Of a DNA stretch of 64,000 bases, positions 1-12,694 are shown in pieces (the stretch's first letter is position 1; the number at the start of each line of letters is the position of its first letter). The position numbers were made by a program, and so were the translations under genes. Source of the stretch: Octopus vulgaris (lineage: Eukaryota); the NCBI GenBank assembly GCA_951406725.2, contig OX597817.1, positions 66,030,001-66,094,000 on the forward strand, written 5' to 3'. Under the pieces are notes generated by a model. That model saw only the letters and a list, made by a program, of their open reading frames with translations, had not been told where the DNA came from and did not search any database.

Positions 1-190
1 GCCAAATTTTGTCGATTTTCAAGAGAAGTCGCTGCTAGTTACCATTGGAGACTTCTTTGAATAGTGAGATGATAGTTTGCCTGGAAAGAAACAATGCAGT
101 CATTAATAAGAAGGGTTGAAATTTATGCATGCAAGATTTTACTAGTACCACTCCATAGTCAGCCTATGAACTTTTCAGTCCAGCTTCGTA
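1..190 (-). mobile_element. 5' end of a mariner-family DNA transposon (runs off the window)
   Basis: Minus strand begins TA-CGAAGCTGGACTGAAAAGTTCATAGGCTGAC, a mariner-like TIR, and reaches GAAAATCGACAAAATTTGGC (...IDKIW..., resembling a mariner transposase N-terminus) at the window edge. Confidence 0.5.
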
Positions 191-803
191 TCATCTTTTC
201 GAACAAATTTAAAGCGAAAAATTACAAACGAGAACTTCAAACCTGCTATAAAACTACGTCTATAAACAGGCAAGGCATTAAATTTTTTATTAGTAAGAGG
301 CCTTTTATAAGTGGAAGGCCTTATAAAACATCGAACCACACCATTGAAAGAATAATTTAACAAATATATTATGTAAAAGGTTCTTGCTGGTGGCCAGTTC
401 GAGGAATCTTCCGGCTCTAGTAAATCTTAATCGAGAGAAAGTCTGGACGAATAAGAAAGTCTGGGGTAAGAAAGAATCAAAATTATTCAAGTAGATCAGA
501 ACTAAAGATTATGCTTTCAAATTTTAGTGAAAGGTTGTGTTTATATAGACATGACATTGCATGTTTACAAAACTCAAAAGGCCGCATGAGTCTTGAGTGC
601 CGTGTTGCCTAAGCATGCTTTTAATAAATCATCCAAAAGCTGTATACATTATAGCAGGTAGCGTGCTTGTTGTTCATTAGTCCCGGGATGAACTTTACCT
701 GGAATTCCCCACACTGGACGCGGGTGAAGGAGTGGGGTTTATGAATGTTTGGGTGCAGCGATAGAGTCCATTAGATCGTGGCTCCAATATTTGACTTTTA
801 TAA

Positions 804-1010
804 GGCAGCGAGCTGGCAGAATCGTTAGCACGCCGGACCAAATGTTGCTAGGCTAAACGGTATTTCGTTCGTCTTTACGTTCTGAGTTCAAATTCCACCA
901 AGGTTAACTTTGCCTTTTATCCTTTCGGGGTCGATAGAATAAGTACCAGTTGAGTGCAGGGGTCGATGTAATCGACTTAGTCCTCCCCACCCCCTCACCA
1001 AAATTTGCAA
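804..1010 (+). mobile_element. tRNA-derived SINE with a GCCTTTCATCCTTTCGGGGTCGATAAA central domain (many decayed copies in the window)
   Basis: tRNA-like head with a B-box (GAGTTCAAATTCC) followed by a conserved core. Related copies at about 6630-6840, 20170-20376 (-), 30490-30930 (-), 49230-49420 and 62710-63090 (-). Confidence 0.75.
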
Positions 1011-1639
1011 CGTGTATTTCTCCAAAGCAACGAATGGACCTGCTGTGTATATAGCACCCGTATCTCTCAAATCATACACTACCTTTGTTTGAAAAAAAAA
1101 CCGGGGTGGAGGTATATTGGATACTATACTTTATCTGAGAAAAAAAAACCGGATGGTTACAACTGGTAGGCCTTAGGTCACAGGTCTACTAAGTAACATG
1201 TGTGTTTTATTTTAACAACTCTAAATGGATGAAAGGCAAAGTCGACCACAGTGAGATTTGAACCAAGAACGTAATGGTTGATAACTATGTTGCAAAACAT
1301 CAAGAGCTTTGTATTTTCTGCTAAAACATCACCTTCGTTCGTACAAAAATAAAGGCGTTTTTATGTCCATTGACAACCAAACAGATTTTTAAAATAAATA
1401 AATATATAAATAAATAAATAAATCTGAGAAAATTGGTAGTGATCTGCCTCAAATAAAATGATGCATTATACAAAAAGAAAACATTTTTCTCTCTCACTCA
1501 ACCTCGGAACATTAGATTCTCAAATGAAGCTATTGAAAAATATGCCGACTAGAGTTACCTCCCTTAGATCACACACCGCCTTTCTCTAATGAATATGTGC
1601 TAGACATAACTAGTCGCATTTCCACCGGCCAAGGTAACA

Positions 1640-1723
1640 ATGTCGACCTTCTGTAGAACGTTATTAAAACCTGTCGCCTCGGCTCCTTTGGGAATTGCCT
1701 CCGTTGTTCCTATCCTTGGCCAA
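1640..1723 (+). CDS. MRPL50: MRPL50 exon 1 (mitochondrial targeting peptide MSTFCRTLLKPVASAPLGIASVVPILGQ)
   Basis: ATG at 1640 in a CpG-containing region, 28 codons with no acidic residues, donor CAA|GTAAGA. Phase 0 joins exon 2 in frame. Confidence 0.8.
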
Positions 1724-2334
1724 GTAAGATGATATTGTAATCTACTTTTTCCTTGTTCTTTACATCATAACTATTATCTCTTTTTTATTCATTGCCTTTT
1801 TTATTTTACAAATGACCGTTCCTTGGTCATGGCAGATCACATTGACCCCACACTGGGTCCAAAGTTTTCATATATCTCATGTTACCCAAAACAAGACACA
1901 TTATATTTATCATGTAATTGTCATTATGTATTTATCCAAAATCTCACATATTTTTTGTTTAATACAAGGCCCGAAATGTATTATCCCTAGTCTAGACAAT
2001 GACTGCTTAATTTGTTTTTTTTTTGTTTTTTTATCGAAGTTAACGACAGTTTAGTTTGTAATAATGATTATTTCTTTGCATTATTTTAATCACAATAACC
2101 ATCAAAACATGGCGATACAGTTATTCATCTGTATTTTATTAGTTTGTAATCATATAATGATTCCTAACGTAAATACAAGGTCACGCCTTTCAGGTCTAGT
2201 GCCTGGTAAATTGAATCGACTTAAGTACTTCCATAGTATTTATTTGGCCAAAATATAGTTTAGCTGTGTAAAAAAAATTTTTATGTGTGTGTCATGACTA
2301 GAGCATGTTTGCATTATTAAACAAAGTGTATTGA

Positions 2335-2601
2335 GGTACTAAAGAAGAGTGGTCCCGGTGCACGCACTCGCGACTAGTCGATCCTACAACGACTATCTAG
2401 CAAAGTAAATAAAACACAAAATAAATAAATTTTTACACAAAGTAAATAATTTTTTTAAAACAAAGTAAATAAAACACAAAAACACAAAGAAAATAATTTT
2501 TTAAACAAAGTAAATGAAACAAAAACACAAAGTAAGGATCGACTAGTCACGACTAGCTAACGCGAGTGCGCGCACCGGGACCACTCTTCTTAGGTAGTAC
2601 C
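2335..2601. mobile_element. Non-autonomous DNA transposon (MITE) with GG-starting TIRs and a 9-bp TSD (Mutator/Merlin-like)
   Basis: GGTACTAAAGAAGAGTGGTCCCGGTGCACGCACTCGCG ... CGCGAGTGCGCGCACCGGGACCACTCTTCTTAGGTAGTACC, flanked by a perfect GTGTATTGA at 2326-2334 and 2602-2610. The interior has A-rich CAAAGTAAAT repeats. Confidence 0.85.
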
Positions 2602-3880
2602 GTGTATTGAAAGCATGCAAGAATTTTTGTTTTTTAACCGTTAAGCTACTGAAAGAAGGGCTGCTCCATAATCGGACTCTTGAAAGTGTGCGAGCTAAGT
2701 GCCCCTGAGAGGAAGGACGACTTGGCCCGAATACTTGCAACAGAATGTTCTCCAATAAGGGTACCCAAGGTGGTAAACCGGGCAGCGACTTTGTTCCCTT
2801 ATAACTTTCTTTATAATATATATTTTTTAATAAAATTTTGTTGAGATACGTTTTCGAAAGTGTTGATAATTTTTCTTTCTTTCCTTTTTTAATCAGAAAG
2901 GAAATAAAATCAAAATCTTAACCATTCGATAACATGTTCACAGTCATTATCAACATAAAATAAATATTACATTATTCTGATTGATATTCATTGTCAACAT
3001 GAAAGTGGAAGGCACAATAAAAGAAATACTAGTTCAAGTAGGATATATATATATATATATATAATGTCTACTACAATACAAATAGAAGTATTTCGTAATT
3101 TCTTACATCTCGAAGTGGTCACTAGTTCCTTAAAGTATCTTTGTGAGGGCTCCTTTATAATAGACCCTGTACATATATGACTTTGCGAGTCAACTTATTT
3201 CTAAAACAACCAAAAAAAACATGATTCTCTTGGCAAGTGTCTACTACCGTAGCCCCGGGCAGACCAAAGGCTTGTGAGTGTATTTGGTAGATGGAAATAG
3301 AAAGTTGTGTGTGTGTTGACATCGTATGGGAATTGTAAACCAGCATCAAGCCGTATCATTCATTTCCAATCTTCCAGGTAAACATGTCTGGCCTTGGGAA
3401 AATATTACTTGCTTCAAAATAGATGAGGATTGGTAACAAAAAGGGTATTCGACTATAGAAAACCTGCCACAACAAATTCCATCTAACCCATGCAAGCATA
3501 AAAAAGTGGACGTTGAAATGGTGATAATGAGGAAAGTCAATAAATGAAAGAAATATACTTAGAGAATTAGTCTTGTTTGGCAAATGATTTGGTCTGATTA
3601 TTGTTGTTTCATGTTAAAGTGTTCTTATTTTTGAAAAAAACACTTTTTTAATCATTCTTGTCATATATAGTTTCGATACACACATCACAATTCACATGAA
3701 GTAAAAGAGAAATATAAACCATTAGAACACATATGGTAACCTGATAGTCAGCAGAGGATCTGTGGTTCAATGTATGTCAAAGGACAGAAATTTTTCAATT
3801 TCCCTGCTGTTTTTACAATATTATTTTATGCCAAAAAAGCATAGAAATTAAGATTTACAAAAAAAATTTCTTTGTTGTAG

Positions 3881-4005
3881 ATTCCATCAAGAACTGCTTT
3901 CTTCCGTAAAAAAGCCAAGAAAGATGAAAGTGATGAGAGATCTTTTAATCCTATACAAGATGGTCCATCTACAAGAGAACGTTATTCTTCCTTGAAAAAA
4001 AGATC
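3881..4005 (+). CDS. MRPL50: MRPL50 exon 2 (IPSRTAFFRKKAKKDESDERSFNPIQDGPSTRERYSSLKKR)
   Basis: Acceptor TTTGTTGTAG, donor TC|GTAAGT, 125 nt open; phases 0/2 fit both neighbouring exons. Confidence 0.8.
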
Positions 4006-4347
4006 GTAAGTTGTTTGGTTTATCACTAGCTCAATAAATATATTTCATTTTTCTATTTTTTGTTTCCAGTGAGGGGGGCCTCTATGTGGCACTCAGCCTG
4101 AAAGAAATAGCTTCTTATTTCCTAGCATACAAGTTGACATAGTATATAGTGTAAACATGTCCCACCCATGCTAGTATGGAAGACAGACGTTAAATGATGA
4201 TGATTCAAACATCATTATTATCTTTCCAAATCTTGTTGCATTTCCCATGAAATCTGTGATTCTCCAAAGTCATGTCTTTAAATCAACCTACTCTTTTTGG
4301 CTCTAAATTTTGGTCTGAAAATTCAACACGTATAACCAGAAAATACA

Positions 4348-4384
<37 letters not shown>

Positions 4385-4619
4385 AGTTAGGGTAAATCCT
4401 AGCTGTTTCCTCTTGAAGTACATCTGCTTATTCCAATATTACAATCAATATGTTTCCATAGTTGGTGCTGTATGTGAGTCAATACATATTAAAATTGAGA
4501 ATTATAGAAAAACTAGTTGCAGTGTTAATTTATGATAAAATAGGAAAATGGAAATCTTTTGGTATTATTTATTCTCCATTACACTTGTTTCATTTGTTAA
4601 TAGGAATCACAAAGATTTA

Positions 4620-5466
4620 CATGTTAGATTGACATGGAAAGAATTTCCTATTAGAAACTCTTCAGATAAAGAATAATTACTTAGGTGACCAAGTTAACAG
4701 TTGGGGAGGTTGTTCTGAAAGCATAGCTCCTACAATAAGTACAGGCTGGGCAAAGTTCAGAGAGCTACTAGTAATGAAGGGCCTCTCCCTCAGAGTGAAA
4801 GGCAGATTGTATGATGCCTGTGTACAAACAGCTATTCTACATGGCAATGAGACATGGACTGTGACTACTGAGGATATGCAAAGGCTTGAAAGAAATGAAG
4901 CCAGTATGCTCCACTGGATGGATAATGTCAGAATGCATATACAATTTGAGAGGAAAACTGGGTACACTAGGCATCAGATGTAATGTGTAATAGAGAAGAC
5001 TGAGCTGATACAGCCATGTAATGCATATGAATGAAAACAGCTGCGGCAAGAGGTGCCAATCTCAAATTGTAGAGGGAACATGTGGAAGCAGTAGACCCAA
5101 GGAGATGTAAGACAAAATGGTGAGAAAGGATCTATGGACATTGGGACTCACAGAGGGGATGATGGGACCAAGACTCCTGATAGTTTGTTGTGCTTGAGAA
5201 GACGGTCAGCCAAGCAAAAGTGTGGTTGTCCTAGCATACAGGATGTCCCCTGCATCCCTCTCCAGCTGAGCATTCCTAACCTTGAAGTCTTGTGGGTGCT
5301 GGTGCCACATAAAAACACCCAGTACACTATAAAATGGTTGATGTCAGGAAGGTCATCCAGTTGTAGAAACCATGCCAAAACAGATATTGAGCCTGAGCAG
5401 CTGGCCAGCTCCTAATAAAACCATCCAACCCATGCCAGCATGGAAAACAGACGTTAAATGATGATG
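4620..5466 (+). mobile_element. 5'-truncated, decayed RTE-type LINE (3' part of ORF, 3' UTR and (GAT)n tail)
   Basis: ORF remnant GLSLRVKGRLYDACVQTAILHGNETW, ending in CCATGCCAGCATGGAAAACAGACGTTAAATGATGATG. Same family at 27330-28160, 37440-38447 and 47617-48339. Confidence 0.75.
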
Positions 5467-6181
5467 TTTATGACCAACTTGGTTGATAAATTATCTCTTC
5501 TTTTTACTGTCTACTTACTTTACAGTATATCACTTCTCATCTTCATTTTGTGTCATCTCATCTGCAGGCCCATTTTGATATCTAATCCAACCACTTCATT
5601 TGCTTTTGTTCACACTGTCGTAGCAATTATCTCACATTAAGGTGGACTTTATAGTTTGTGGACAACTCATAGTGGCACACGTGTATTTCATAAGTGATTT
5701 TTCATCAACTGCATGACTTTGTTTGCCAGCTTTTGTGTGAGGCTCAACATTCTAAGATCAATCAACTTTTACTATTTCTGCCCATATCCTCCTCTTCCAC
5801 AATTTCCTTCTACTTGGATACCCTAGCACTTCTTTACCCATTTGTTATTCTCCATACATGTCATGTGTCTATACAAACATAGTTTTCATTCTTGCATTTA
5901 AGCCTAGTTTACCTCTCAGTTCATCAGTAGCATGTTGTTCATGTGTACTGAGATTACACATCCAATAGAGCATACTTTGCTGCAAACAAAACTGTGTCAA
6001 AGGACAGCTTCTGTAAATATTACTTACACCATAACAGTGTGGAAACGTCAATCTAAAGCTGTACTCTTTTATTTGATTAGTTGTAATGACTAACATATGA
6101 ACCTACTGAATTCTCATGTTATCTCCATGTCATTCTGAAACTCTGACATCTTAGCTTTTGCTTTTTAATCTTGATTTATAG

Positions 6182-6317
6182 GTCAGTCCGTACAGTGAAA
6201 AGCTATAAACCACCATCAAACATGGAACATAAAATGGAACAGATTGCTACAGATGTTTTTGGCGAGGTATCAGACTGGAAGAAAATAACTTTGGATGATC
6301 GCCTTCTTAAATTTAAG
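6182..6317 (+). CDS. MRPL50: MRPL50 exon 3 (SVRTVKSYKPPSNMEHKMEQIATDVFGEVSDWKKITLDDRLLKFK)
   Basis: Acceptor TTTATAG, donor AAG|GTATGT. Matches the mL50 pattern Y.PP...VFG...W..I.L.D..LKF. Confidence 0.92.
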
Positions 6318-7017
6318 GTATGTTCACTCATTTGTGTTTATTGTTTTAACTACTTGAATTAACAACTTGATGTTTACATCCAATCTGTTGGTTAGTTTGA
6401 TGATTTAGCTGTAAAGAGTTGCTTGTTTCTTTATTCAAGAACATTTGCCTAGCAAAAAACAAAAAAAAAACATAACAGGATGAAATATTGTAAAATTAAA
6501 ATTATAATGATGATTTTTGAATGCAGTACAATTTTGTGAGGAAGGATACAGTTAGTTAAATATTTAGTATTTAATTAAATAGTAATTAGTAATTTAATTT
6601 AGTTAAATAGTACTTAATGGTATTTAAGTGGTGAGCTGACACTATCATTAGCATATACCAGATTAAATGCATAGCACCATTTCTTTCTGCTTTCTGTTCT
6701 GAATTCTAATGTCACCAAGGTTGGCATTGTTTTTCATCCCTTTGGGGTCAATAATATAAGTACCATTTGAGCACTGGGGTCAGTGTAGTCATCTAGTCAT
6801 CTTCTCCTAAATTTCAAGCCTTGTGCTTATAGCAGAAAGAATATTTGACTTATATTTATCAACAACAGGAGGATAGAAAGCAAAGTTAACATTGATTGAA
6901 TTTCAACTCAGAACATACGAAGATATGACCAAATACTGATTTCAATCTGCAGCACAAACCACAAAGATAGGTTTAATTCAATCAACCCTCATATATGACT
7001 GGTACTTATTTCATTAA

Positions 7018-7237
7018 CCCTTTAGCATTTAAACTGGCGTAACCGGCCAAAAGTATTCTGCTTGTTTTATGTTCAAACTGGCCAGATCTGATCTCTCACA
7101 CCAACCCTACAATATTGTTTTAAAAATTAACAGCTACCTCATCAAAATCTCATAGCTACAAGATAATGCATGATTAGTTCAAAACAATGTAGATGAAAAA
7201 GCATTAATTTTGGCAGAATAATGCGAACACTAAAGGG
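7018..7237. mobile_element. piggyBac-like MITE
   Basis: TTAA|CCCTTTAGC ... ACTAAAGGG|TTAA, i.e. a TTAA TSD with CCC/GGG termini. Confidence 0.8.
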
Positions 7238-9621
7238 TTAAATATGTAGAAGCAAAGTACAAAACTAGCCCTACAGTTAGAGTAGATGTGTGATACTATA
7301 TATTGTAAAGGCAAGGCATTTAGTACTATTTCTGTCAGTTTGTCATGCTAATGAAAATAATGGGAGAAAACAGTTATGTTGACCCCAGTATTTTGACTTT
7401 TACTTTATTTTATTAACCCCAAAAAGATGAAAGGTAAAGTTACTTTCGGTGAGATTTGAATTTCAATTGTAAAGAGCCAGAACAAATACCACAAGTTAAT
7501 AATTATAATGGTTTCTGATTTAGGCACAAGGCCAGTTTGTCAATACCATTGACCCCAGTACTTGCCTGATAATTTATTTTGACCCTGAAAGGAGGAAAGG
7601 TAATGGTAAAGTTGACCTTGGCAGAATTTGAACTCAAAATGTAAAGATTTGAAACAAATACCGCAAGGTATTTTTTTCAGACACCAACTCACTACTTTAA
7701 ATAATTCATAATATTTATAATGGTAGCATCATTTGTATGCCAGGTAAAATGCTTAGTGGCATTTTGTCCATCTTTACATTCTGAATTCAAATACTGGGAT
7801 CGATTTTGCCTTTCATTCTTGCAGGGTCAATAAAATAAGTAACACTTAAGTATTGGGGTCAATGTAATTAAATTACCCCCTCTCCCCCAAAATTGCTAGC
7901 CTTCTACTAAAATTTGAAACCAATATTAATAACGGTTTCTAATTCTGGTACAAAGTCAGCAATTTTAATACATCATGAAGCAACTTTTGTTTCAGAGAAA
8001 GAATTCATATAAAAACCATAGCTTCTTTTCATTTTTTGAAAGTGGCAAACACTGTTTTATTATGAAATAAATTTTTAGTTATAGACACCTATGTTGTGGG
8101 ACCCCAGAGTTTTTTTCAAAGAACCCTGGGGTTCTGCAAAACTCAGTTTGAGAAACCCTACATTAGTTTATCATTGGTAATTCTAAGGAGTGAATTTCAA
8201 GCAGATCAAGGATTTGTTACAGCTTCAAGAAAGACTTCCCACTCTTACTTGCCTTTAGTCAGAGCTCATTTACTTGTCCTTGAATTCTTCCATTTTACCT
8301 TCTTCCCCTCATCATCACTTGAAGATGGTGGAATGGTACTACATTTTGTAGCTGCTGGCTAGTTCTTTGATAGAGGAGATGCCCTCAGGTTTTCAGTGTC
8401 ATTTCTCCTCATCAGCCTGAGGTGCTGGTGGCCCTTAAGATAAGGTGATTTCCTTTACTTCCAATCAGGTTGTTCTCAGAGTTGTAGCAGCAGCCATGGT
8501 CATTACCTCAGTGGCAAGCTGTTATTACTGTCCACTGCTCTTTTTAGTTCTTTTCCATTTTCTCTCAGTAGAAAGCCTCAAGCAAACTTCACTGCCACAT
8601 GTTATAACTTTCTACATTGCACTACCAGTCTAACTGACCCCACTCTCAAATCCCTCAATGAAGTACAGCTTTAATTATAGCCTTGTTTTTGAAGGGTCAT
8701 CAGGACTTAGAGGTCTATGCAGATCCCACCAGACCATGTATTGTTACAGACCACCTCTTCATTCTGTATCATAATAGTGATAAGCTAAGGATGACAGTCT
8801 CTATTAATATCACTAGCCATAACCTTTGTTTCTTTTTTCTCATGTACTGTAGCACCAGTCTGGGGACAGATGTGTGACATCACAGCTTTTCCTATCTGCT
8901 TACCTGATTCTTGGTTTTCAAATCAAGGCACATGCTGCCAGAGCTTTCTCCAAATCCTCTTTCAAGTCCCTCCCACATTTTTTTTTTTGATAGACTGTCA
9001 CCTTTTAACATACCCTTTCTATATCAATACAAGAGGTATTTTCTTTTGTGTCATACCTCTCCCACATTTCCTTTACCTAAAATTGACTGATATCTACAAT
9101 TTCATTTTGACTTGCAACAACTAGAAATGAATGAATTGTTGTTGTTATAAAAATGTTTAAAGATGATCCTTCTTTTTTTACCTTAGGATCTCAACAAATT
9201 TTAACTATTTTATAACTGTCTGTTTAGTTGTTAATTTTACTTCTGTTTATATTTTTTTTAATCTGTTATACATTTTCGAAAGTTTCATAAATGTGGATGA
9301 ATATATTGTTTGCTATCAAAAAGGTGGCTGTAATGAACTTACTGATAAATTGATCAAAATGAATATTGACAAAAATATGTTACTAAAAATGTCTAAAGGT
9401 AATCTTTACTTTTCAACCCAAGATAATGGTCTATGTTTAAATATTGTGAAGCCTTTTGTTGATTAAAAAAGAAGCATATAAAAACTTTTATATTAAATAA
9501 TCCTTGAAGAAAATATCTTTCAAACAAAGCTCAGTGTAAACTGTTCACCCAAAGCAAACTATATAAATATAAATGATTTATTAAAATAAATATTTTCATT
9601 TTGTCTCTTGATTTATTTCAG

Positions 9622-9939
9622 TTCCTTTGTAAATGTATTGAAGAATTTGAACATGATATTCCCAATTCAGAACTGAACTTCATAACAGACATAACAAAAG
9701 CTATGGAATTCTTCCAAACAGAAATAAGAGACACATCATCATACGAAGATATTTCAAAATTAGACCTTCCTCGAAACCTACACATCCAGATGGAACCAGT
9801 TCGTTTTCATCCTGACACTGACACAATGTTTGGTGGGCGAACAGCTTTCCCAGACAGACCAACTGTAGTTACCAGCATCAAATACAAACATAAATACAAG
9901 GGTCATGATGGACAACATCGTGTGAAGACATCTCGTTAA
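9622..9939 (+). CDS. MRPL50: MRPL50 exon 4 (last coding exon)
   Basis: Acceptor TTTCAG. Encodes HDIPNSEL...FF...LDLPRNLHI, matching the mL50 motif H.VPNS.L...LP.NL.I, then the invertebrate-type tail PVRFHPDTDTMFGG.TAFP; stop TAA at 9937-9939. Spliced CDS is 663 nt. Confidence 0.93.
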   Translation, partial: FLCKCIEEFEHDIPNSELNFITDITKAMEFFQTEIRDTSSYEDISKLDLPRNLHIQMEPVRFHPDTDTMFGGRTAFPDRPTVVTSIKYKHKYKGHDGQHRVKTSR

Positions 9940-9973
9940 CATCCTACAATGATCATTTAGATATTTGATTTGT

Positions 9974-9979
9974 AATAAA
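9974..9979 (+). promoter_or_regulatory. Candidate polyadenylation signal of MRPL50
   Basis: AATAAA 35 nt after the stop codon. Confidence 0.55.
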
Positions 9980-11115
9980 ATTAATATTTTGGACTATTTG
10001 TTAATCATCTCTTCAGAATTCAGTTGCAGGTTCTTTCTGTGGAGATAACCTGCAAAATCAACTCCAAGGGAACTTGAACTTAGGCTATAAAGGAACATAA
10101 ATAATCAAGAGGTTTACTACATCAAGGTTTTTAATCCAACACTTAACTGTTATTTAGTACTCGTCACTCTTCCATAGTTTAAAACTTTCTGATATTAGCA
10201 CAAAGTCATACATTTACCCCAGTACTTTAGTGGTAATTACCAAGGTTGATAAAATAAGTGACCTTTCTAAGATTCAAACTCAGTAACTGAAACAAAGAAT
10301 TTTGTTTGGCAGTCTACCAATCCTACTAACCTCTCATTCTTAATATTGACACAAAGCCACACATTTTGGGGGAGAGTTTGGTGAAGTTAAATGAACATTG
10401 TCAGGACTTAAAATCAAATTCTTAACACTAAAGGACATAACTAAATACATCAAGTGTCCTCTGATTCTGCCACTAATTGGTTAGATATTTGCTCTTTATC
10501 TTACTCTCTAACTCCTCCTCTTTTCTTTTTCAAATGGAGTATTCATGTATCTACTCTACTGCAGGACACCTACTTTTATCCTTTTACACTTCTAATCTCT
10601 CATCACCTGGTACAAAGCCACTTCCCTCCTTACTATTAGTCACTCCTCCAAGCTGAGAGTATTTTTGTCCTGCAAGTTACCTGGTAACCCTGTCACTGCT
10701 GATGCCATACAAAAAGCACCCAATATACTCTGTAAAGTGATTGGTGTTAGGAAAGGCATCCAGCCATAGAAACCATGCCATAACAATGGCACCTGATGTG
10801 GCCTACAGCCTTACCAGTTCTTATCAAACCATCCAACCCAAATCAGCATGGAAAAAAGGGCATTAAATAACAATGATGTTTCTTTCTTTCTTTAGTACAT
10901 AGCCACTCAGAGTTGGGGACATATAAATAACTGATTCGATCAACTGGTATTGAATTTATCAACCGAAAAGGCTGAATGACAAATTCAATTTCAGTAGTAG
11001 GTGAGCTCAAAATATGAAGATATTTTGACTGCTGGTAATATAATTTCCCTATTAACAATTTTAATAGCAATAATATTTAAAACAAAAGTAATACATTTTC
11101 TTCACAACCAAAGAT

Positions 11116-11121
11116 TTTATT
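11116..11121 (-). promoter_or_regulatory. Candidate polyadenylation signal of ADHFE1
   Basis: AATAAA on the minus strand about 170 nt after the stop codon. Confidence 0.45.
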
Positions 11122-11288
11122 TTCCTGAAATTAAAAATCAATATTAATTTGTTGTTTTCTCTCAGCATATCATCATCTTACTATTGTTATTCTAAAAAAT
11201 CACAGTCCATACAGCTGAGGAAATTCATAATTTTCCATATTCGTTTTTTGAGCAAGGAAGTAGAGAGAATACTACAGAAATGTCTTTC

Positions 11289-11384
11289 TTAGTATATTGT
11301 CATTGAATTTTTTATAATGTCTGCAAGAGTTTCTGCAAGTTCTTCATCTGACTGCTGCAATGGTGACAGTTTAGTGACTCGGTG
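11289..11384 (-). CDS. ADHFE1: ADHFE1 exon 14 (HRVTKLSPLQQSDEELAETLADIIKNSMTIY*)
   Basis: Poly-T tract with TAG acceptor. Matches the HOT C-terminus RVTKL.P..QS.E.L...SM..Y. Confidence 0.93.
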   Translation of the reverse strand, partial: HRVTKLSPLQQSDEELAETLADIIKNSMTIY

Positions 11385-12099
11385 CTATAAAAAAAAAAAT
11401 AGAAGAAAGGAAGGGAGATAATTAATGCTGAATTTTAAAATAATTTAAGTACACAAATCCCACCCACTCCAAAAAAACAAAAAGGTACTTAATACAGTCA
11501 GTTAATAAAAACTAGAGAGAAAGTTTCTATGAAGTTGCTCTATCTGCTGGAACGAGCAAACATTTTCCCTTCAAATCATATCTTTGTCTTTTCATAAAAC
11601 GTTCTTTTATCTTAAGACTGACTTGTGAGATAAAATTTAAGCTTTTTTTTTTTCTGATTTAGTACTGGCTCAGATTTATGTAAGAGACCAGACATATATT
11701 CATTTGCCTCAGTTGACCATTGTAGCAATCTGAGAAAATATTGGTATTAGACCAGAGCATTAGCATACTAAGCACTACAGAAAATAGAATTAGACATCAT
11801 TTCAATTCTATAGTTATCTGGTAGCCACTGATCCACAAATTAAATAGGTTGCAAACAAGGCAATTGCCTTCTTTTAACCACAGAAATTATGACAATTAGA
11901 TAGGTAACAGTCCTAAAATGAAATACAAACTCAAGATGTCAAACAGTATGACTTGAGGGAGATTTAGCTTAGCCAATCAGATAGAAAGACATGGTCTTGG
12001 CTCCTTGCTTAGCTTGTAAACAGGATACTCTATTCCTGGCTGAATATATTTTAGTTGTTAGAAATTGTTAAATTTAGATGGGAAATGAAATAAACTTAC

Positions 12100-12257
12100 C
12101 TGAGGCAAAGTACCTTTAACCATGGCAGGAATATCTTCTTCAGTATAACCAAGAGCCTTCAAACCATTAGGAACCCTCAATGACTGACAAATCGACCTTA
12201 ATTTGTCTGATAGAATGGCACCAGCATCGCTTGCTTTCTTGTTGCTGATATCAACTC
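12100..12257 (-). CDS. ADHFE1: ADHFE1 exon 13 (VDISNKKASDAGAILSDKLR...GY...DIPAMVKGTLPQ)
   Basis: AG/GTAAG boundaries, 158 nt; DAG..L.D.LR and DIPA.VKGTLPQ motifs. Confidence 0.95.
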
Positions 12258-12694
12258 CTAAAAGGTAAACTAAGTATTAGGAATGTGTTTATATCATACA
12301 TGTAAGTCACTGTTGCTTTAAATATGTTATGACACGAGATAACACTGGAATTTAATATTTCAGAAGTGATAATTCTAATATAATGAGTAGGACAGTCAAT
12401 TGGCAAAATAGGTAGAGCATCACACAAATGCTTCACAGTAATTATTCCACCTCTTTGTACTAATAACATGAATGCCTGCATAAGTCAACTCTGCCTTTTG
12501 TTTCTCCAGAGTTGATAAATAAAATATCAGTCAAGTTATGGAGTTGATTATTCTCTTTCTTAGAATCAGCACCACTCTGTTGTGCAGACCATTTACAGCA
12601 TTCCTTTCCAGCAAGAAATCAAAGAGGATTGAGCTAGGATCTAGCATATTCTTATCCAGAAGGCCACAAAATAAAAAAGCATACAAAGAAACCA

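Noticed and set aside
699-790. First exon of a divergent gene (CAG|GTAAAG donor on minus at 697-698, CpG-rich)
   Set aside because: The only ATG frame stops after 10 codons and there is no other support; a non-coding exon cannot be excluded.
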